IMG/VR virus record: IMGVR_UViG_3300028299_000132
Location: 1-64,000 of that record
DNA length: 64,000 nt
DNA from: a virus
Reading direction: 5' to 3' (one strand)
The position numbers and the translations under genes are program-made. Below the pieces are notes generated by a model. That model ran no database searches. It was not told the DNA's origin and saw only the letters and a program-made list of their open reading frames with translations. Of this stretch, positions 60,899 through 64,000 are shown in pieces. Position 1 is the stretch's first letter; each line of letters starts with the position of its first letter.

Positions 60899-61411
60899 TT
60901 AAAAATACATTATGTATTTTTCATCAAAATGTGTTTTATTCTCGTCTAGAACTTTATAGAAATTAGTTGGATTATTTTCTTGTGAATTTTTAATCATCAT
61001 TTCTAATGATTCTTTACTAACATCAATATCACATTTAATTGATTCAAATATATCTTTTATAACATCTATTTTTTCAACAATATTCTCAATTGAATGATTA
61101 TTACCTATATTTATTATGTATTCTGTACTAAAATAATCTTCATATTCATAATAATCATATTTTTCAAGTAAATAATTATATTCATATGGAACTAGATTTT
61201 CATCTTTGGAAAATATTTCTATTATATCACCATTTCTTTTTCCTCTATAGACATAAATACTGTTTAATTCAACTATGTTATCAATATTTTTGTGTTCCCA
61301 TTTATTCCCCCACACTTCTGTTAATCTTTTTTTTAATAATTCAGGAAATTCTCTACTGCTTATAGTATCCGTTTCTGGATAAACACTAATTATTAAATAA
61401 TAACTCTCCAT
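60899..61411 (-). CDS. Hypothetical protein
   Basis: ORF only. Confidence 0.55.
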   Translation of the reverse strand: MESYYLIISVYPETDTISSREFPELLKKRLTEVWGNKWEHKNIDNIVELNSIYVYRGKRNGDIIEIFSKDENLVPYEYNYLLEKYDYYEYEDYFSTEYIINIGNNHSIENIVEKIDVIKDIFESIKCDIDVSKESLEMMIKNSQENNPTNFYKVLDENKTHFDEKYIMYF

Positions 61412-61416
61412 TTTAT

Positions 61417-62163
61417 TTAATTAATTTTTGATTTGATATATTCAAATATTTTATTTTTTATATTATCTCGTTTTTCTCCTTCTAGTAACAAGTCAAATAA
61501 TTGATTAAAATATTTATTATCAATTATTTGTTTAAACATAAATTGTGAATTAAAATCAAATGCCCATGATAACATTAATAATGTTAAGTCAGTATCAGAT
61601 TTTATTTCACTATAATTTTTTGTTTGTTCATTCATTATTAATTTATAAAAACCATCATCTATTTCTGTTATTTTGTTGTTGTCAATGTAATATTTTATAT
61701 GTACTCTATAAATATCCAATTTATCAAAATCTCTGATTAATTTACAATAATGTAATGTTTCATCATCACAATCGTTAGTTAAAGAGAATTTGTTATGATT
61801 AAATATAGACGATGATATAATATTTCTTTCTTTTTCAGAAAAATCTTCTAATAAATTTTCATTATTTATAACTTTACACCCTAGATATCCATGATCAACA
61901 GATTTAAAATCATCAAATGTCTGATATATATCTAATTGTGAGAATCTTCCAATATCATGAAATAATGAAATGAATTTTAAAACTTTTTCATTTTCTTTTA
62001 ATTTACTTTCTTTTAAGTATTTTATTGAATTTCCATAAACATAAAATGAGTGTTCCTTTTTTACATCTATATGTTTTTGTCTGTCTTTATCATCATATAT
62101 GAACTTATCTGTGTAGTTCTTAAAAAATTTAATATATTCCTTCATTTTTATATATCTTTTCAA
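61417..62163 (-). CDS. HD-domain phosphohydrolase
   Basis: KEHS, LFHDIGRF, DHG, HNK and IRDFDKLD motifs. Confidence 0.85.
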   Translation of the reverse strand: MKRYIKMKEYIKFFKNYTDKFIYDDKDRQKHIDVKKEHSFYVYGNSIKYLKESKLKENEKVLKFISLFHDIGRFSQLDIYQTFDDFKSVDHGYLGCKVINNENLLEDFSEKERNIISSSIFNHNKFSLTNDCDDETLHYCKLIRDFDKLDIYRVHIKYYIDNNKITEIDDGFYKLIMNEQTKNYSEIKSDTDLTLLMLSWAFDFNSQFMFKQIIDNKYFNQLFDLLLEGEKRDNIKNKIFEYIKSKIN

Positions 62164-62226
62164 AAATTATATTCCAAAAACATTAAAATGTTTCCTTATA
62201 TTTTAATATATAAAATAAAAACAAAT

Positions 62227-63222
62227 ATGAGAAACTTTTTTTATCAAATCAGATTTTATTTTTATTTGATTTTCACAAATAGATTTAAAAAAGAAACAAT
62301 AAATTCAATCAGTAAAGATGGGTGGATATTAATATTCAATGATGAGTTTGAAGGAACCGAGTTAGATAAAACTAAATGGGCAACCGAAGAACCTTGGATA
62401 GTTAAAAATGGAACAGCGTGGATTGATAGTCAAGTATTAGTTAAAGATGGTGAGTGTTTGTTAACATCAGATAATTATTGTGGGACTCTTCCAATTATTG
62501 ATTGTAATGGTGAACATTATGATGTTAAAACATGTAGTGGTCAAATATTTACATACCCATCGTTATATAAAAAATATGGGTATTATGAAACTAGAACCAA
62601 GGTTCTTCCAGGTGGTATAAGATATTGGCCCGCGTTTTGGTTCGCATCTCGTGAATCTTGGCCACCAGAAATTGACCAATACGAATATATGGCGGCTGGT
62701 GACACTCGTAGAATGACAATGACATATCATTGGTTATCTGATAAAGAGAATTGGGATGAGATTTGGAGTTTGATAAATGAATGTCACAAAAAAGGTTTTC
62801 TTCCGACTGTTTTATCAACTATAAACGAAAATATCAAATATATGCAGAATCCTAACGAACCACCACCTTGGAGTTCAGAAAAACAAACATATATAGATAA
62901 ATTAAATTCTTTAAGAATTCATAAAATGCATGTCACTGGGTTGAATAATATGGATTTTGATAAACATTATCATACATATGGAATGAAATGGGAAGAAGGT
63001 AAGAATGGTGAAAAAGATAGAATAACTTGGTATTTTGATAATTTAGCTGTTAAAACATTAAGAGATGGTCAATGGGTGAATTTTGGTAAATATGTACAAT
63101 TACCTGAACATCCAATGTATACTATTATTGGTAATGGATCGACTCCAGGTTATGAATTTTTACCAGGACAACATCCCGCGAGTGTTCGTGTAAGTTATTT
63201 TAGGTGTTATATAGAAAAATGA
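62227..63222 (+). CDS. Glycoside hydrolase family 16
   Basis: LIFNDEF.G..LD..KW, YGYYE, WPAFW, EIDQYE catalytic motif and HTYG..W. Confidence 0.85.
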   Translation: MRNFFYQIRFYFYLIFTNRFKKETINSISKDGWILIFNDEFEGTELDKTKWATEEPWIVKNGTAWIDSQVLVKDGECLLTSDNYCGTLPIIDCNGEHYDVKTCSGQIFTYPSLYKKYGYYETRTKVLPGGIRYWPAFWFASRESWPPEIDQYEYMAAGDTRRMTMTYHWLSDKENWDEIWSLINECHKKGFLPTVLSTINENIKYMQNPNEPPPWSSEKQTYIDKLNSLRIHKMHVTGLNNMDFDKHYHTYGMKWEEGKNGEKDRITWYFDNLAVKTLRDGQWVNFGKYVQLPEHPMYTIIGNGSTPGYEFLPGQHPASVRVSYFRCYIEK

Positions 63223-63235
63223 TTATATTTAAATT

Positions 63236-63577
63236 ATGGATATAAATATTAATTGGTTCAAAGATGAATCTTTTACGGAAATGATGCTGATATTAAGTAG
63301 AATTCTTAATAAGTTTATGATAAGAAGAGATAGATTTAAAATAGATAAATATCCTGATTTATTTATGAATTTATTGGAATTTGAATTAAAACAATTAGAT
63401 GATATTTATGATTGTTCTTATGATAGTCGTACAGGAATTATATCATTTTTCTGTAGAACTTACGAAATAACATATTGTGCTGATATAGAGCTATATACAT
63501 CTAGTTTTGATGTTATGAAGGAATATATTGTTGATTCAACAACTGGTGAAATTATAGAAGAGTTTAATTCTTATTAA
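63236..63577 (+). CDS. Hypothetical protein
   Basis: ORF only. Confidence 0.5.
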   Translation: MDININWFKDESFTEMMLILSRILNKFMIRRDRFKIDKYPDLFMNLLEFELKQLDDIYDCSYDSRTGIISFFCRTYEITYCADIELYTSSFDVMKEYIVDSTTGEIIEEFNSY

Positions 63578-63912
63578 AGAATTGTTCTTTTCATCATTCT
63601 ATTTTTGATTATTTCTTCAGAATGACTGTCCCATTCAATAAAAAATTCATTCTTTTCAAATTCTTTTACATTTTTAATGAAATTTTCATCTTCATAAAAC
63701 ATTACAAATGAATTAGTTACAGAATTATCTTTTATTTTTTCATATTCATTTAAAATTTTTTTGTACTTTCTAATGGATTCGTTGTATCTATCCAATATGG
63801 TATCATAATCATCATATGATGATGGTGAGTTAAAATCAACCATTTTAACTACTGATGGCTTTGGTGGTGGAACCACTGTTAATCTTTTGTAATATAATAC
63901 ACACTGAAACAT
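63574..63912 (-). CDS. Hypothetical protein
   Basis: ORF only. Confidence 0.5.
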   Translation of the reverse strand: MFQCVLYYKRLTVVPPPKPSVVKMVDFNSPSSYDDYDTILDRYNESIRKYKKILNEYEKIKDNSVTNSFVMFYEDENFIKNVKEFEKNEFFIEWDSHSEEIIKNRMMKRTIL

Positions 63913-64000
63913 ATATATATATATTAATTATTTAATTTCTTCTATTACAAAGATACAAAAAATTTAATTATTATACAAAAATGTTATGGGTTTCTAGAAT

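Noticed and set aside
588-62818. Many short antisense or nested ORFs in the track (e.g. 588..779, 18816..19178, 29419..29814, 45939..46292, 54056..54355)
   Set aside because: They are shadows of longer, motif-bearing genes on the other strand or frame
1-64000. Genome-wide TAG recoding as in Lak-type megaphages
   Set aside because: Long conserved genes are uninterrupted in the standard code and coding density is high; I noticed only one in-frame TAG case
1-64000. Bacterial chromosome or eukaryotic giant-virus origin
   Set aside because: The tail sheath, gp32-like SSB, T4-like polB motifs and intrinsic terminators point to a tailed phage, despite the sugar genes, kinases and TTL
1-64000. tRNA or rRNA genes
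   Set aside because: No GC-rich cloverleaf-like or rRNA-like segment was seen; intergenic gaps are short and AT-rich

Overview
This is an AT-rich, densely coding segment of a very large T4-like tailed phage (jumbo/megaphage). It encodes a contractile tail sheath, a gp32-like SSB, family-B DNA polymerase fragments, and possible gp62- and gp16-like proteins. The host is probably Bacteroidota, inferred from the rhomboid, hybrid kinases, lytic-transglycosylase-like genes and the absence of Shine-Dalgarno sites. Main observations: (1) A fractured polB gene. A naturally split intein sits at the YGDTD|S catalytic motif, and a free-standing endonuclease gene lies between its halves. The halves have an unusual basic-IntN/acidic-IntC charge pattern, and the joined polymerase still lacks motif A and the exonuclease domain. 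(2) A LAGLIDADG intein starting with Thr inside GDP-mannose 4,6-dehydratase. (3) A tubulin-tyrosine-ligase-family enzyme. (4) About 20 unrelated proteins share an N-terminal MKYIKLFE-like leader resembling a capsid-targeting sequence, many preceded by a TT(A/T)ATATATA promoter-like motif. (5) A GDP-fucose/glycosylation toolkit. (6) Two hybrid histidine kinases. (7) A tandem 'PSGE' paralog array, modular homing endonucleases and an intact-looking TnpB. All calls come from reading motifs by eye; no database searches were run.
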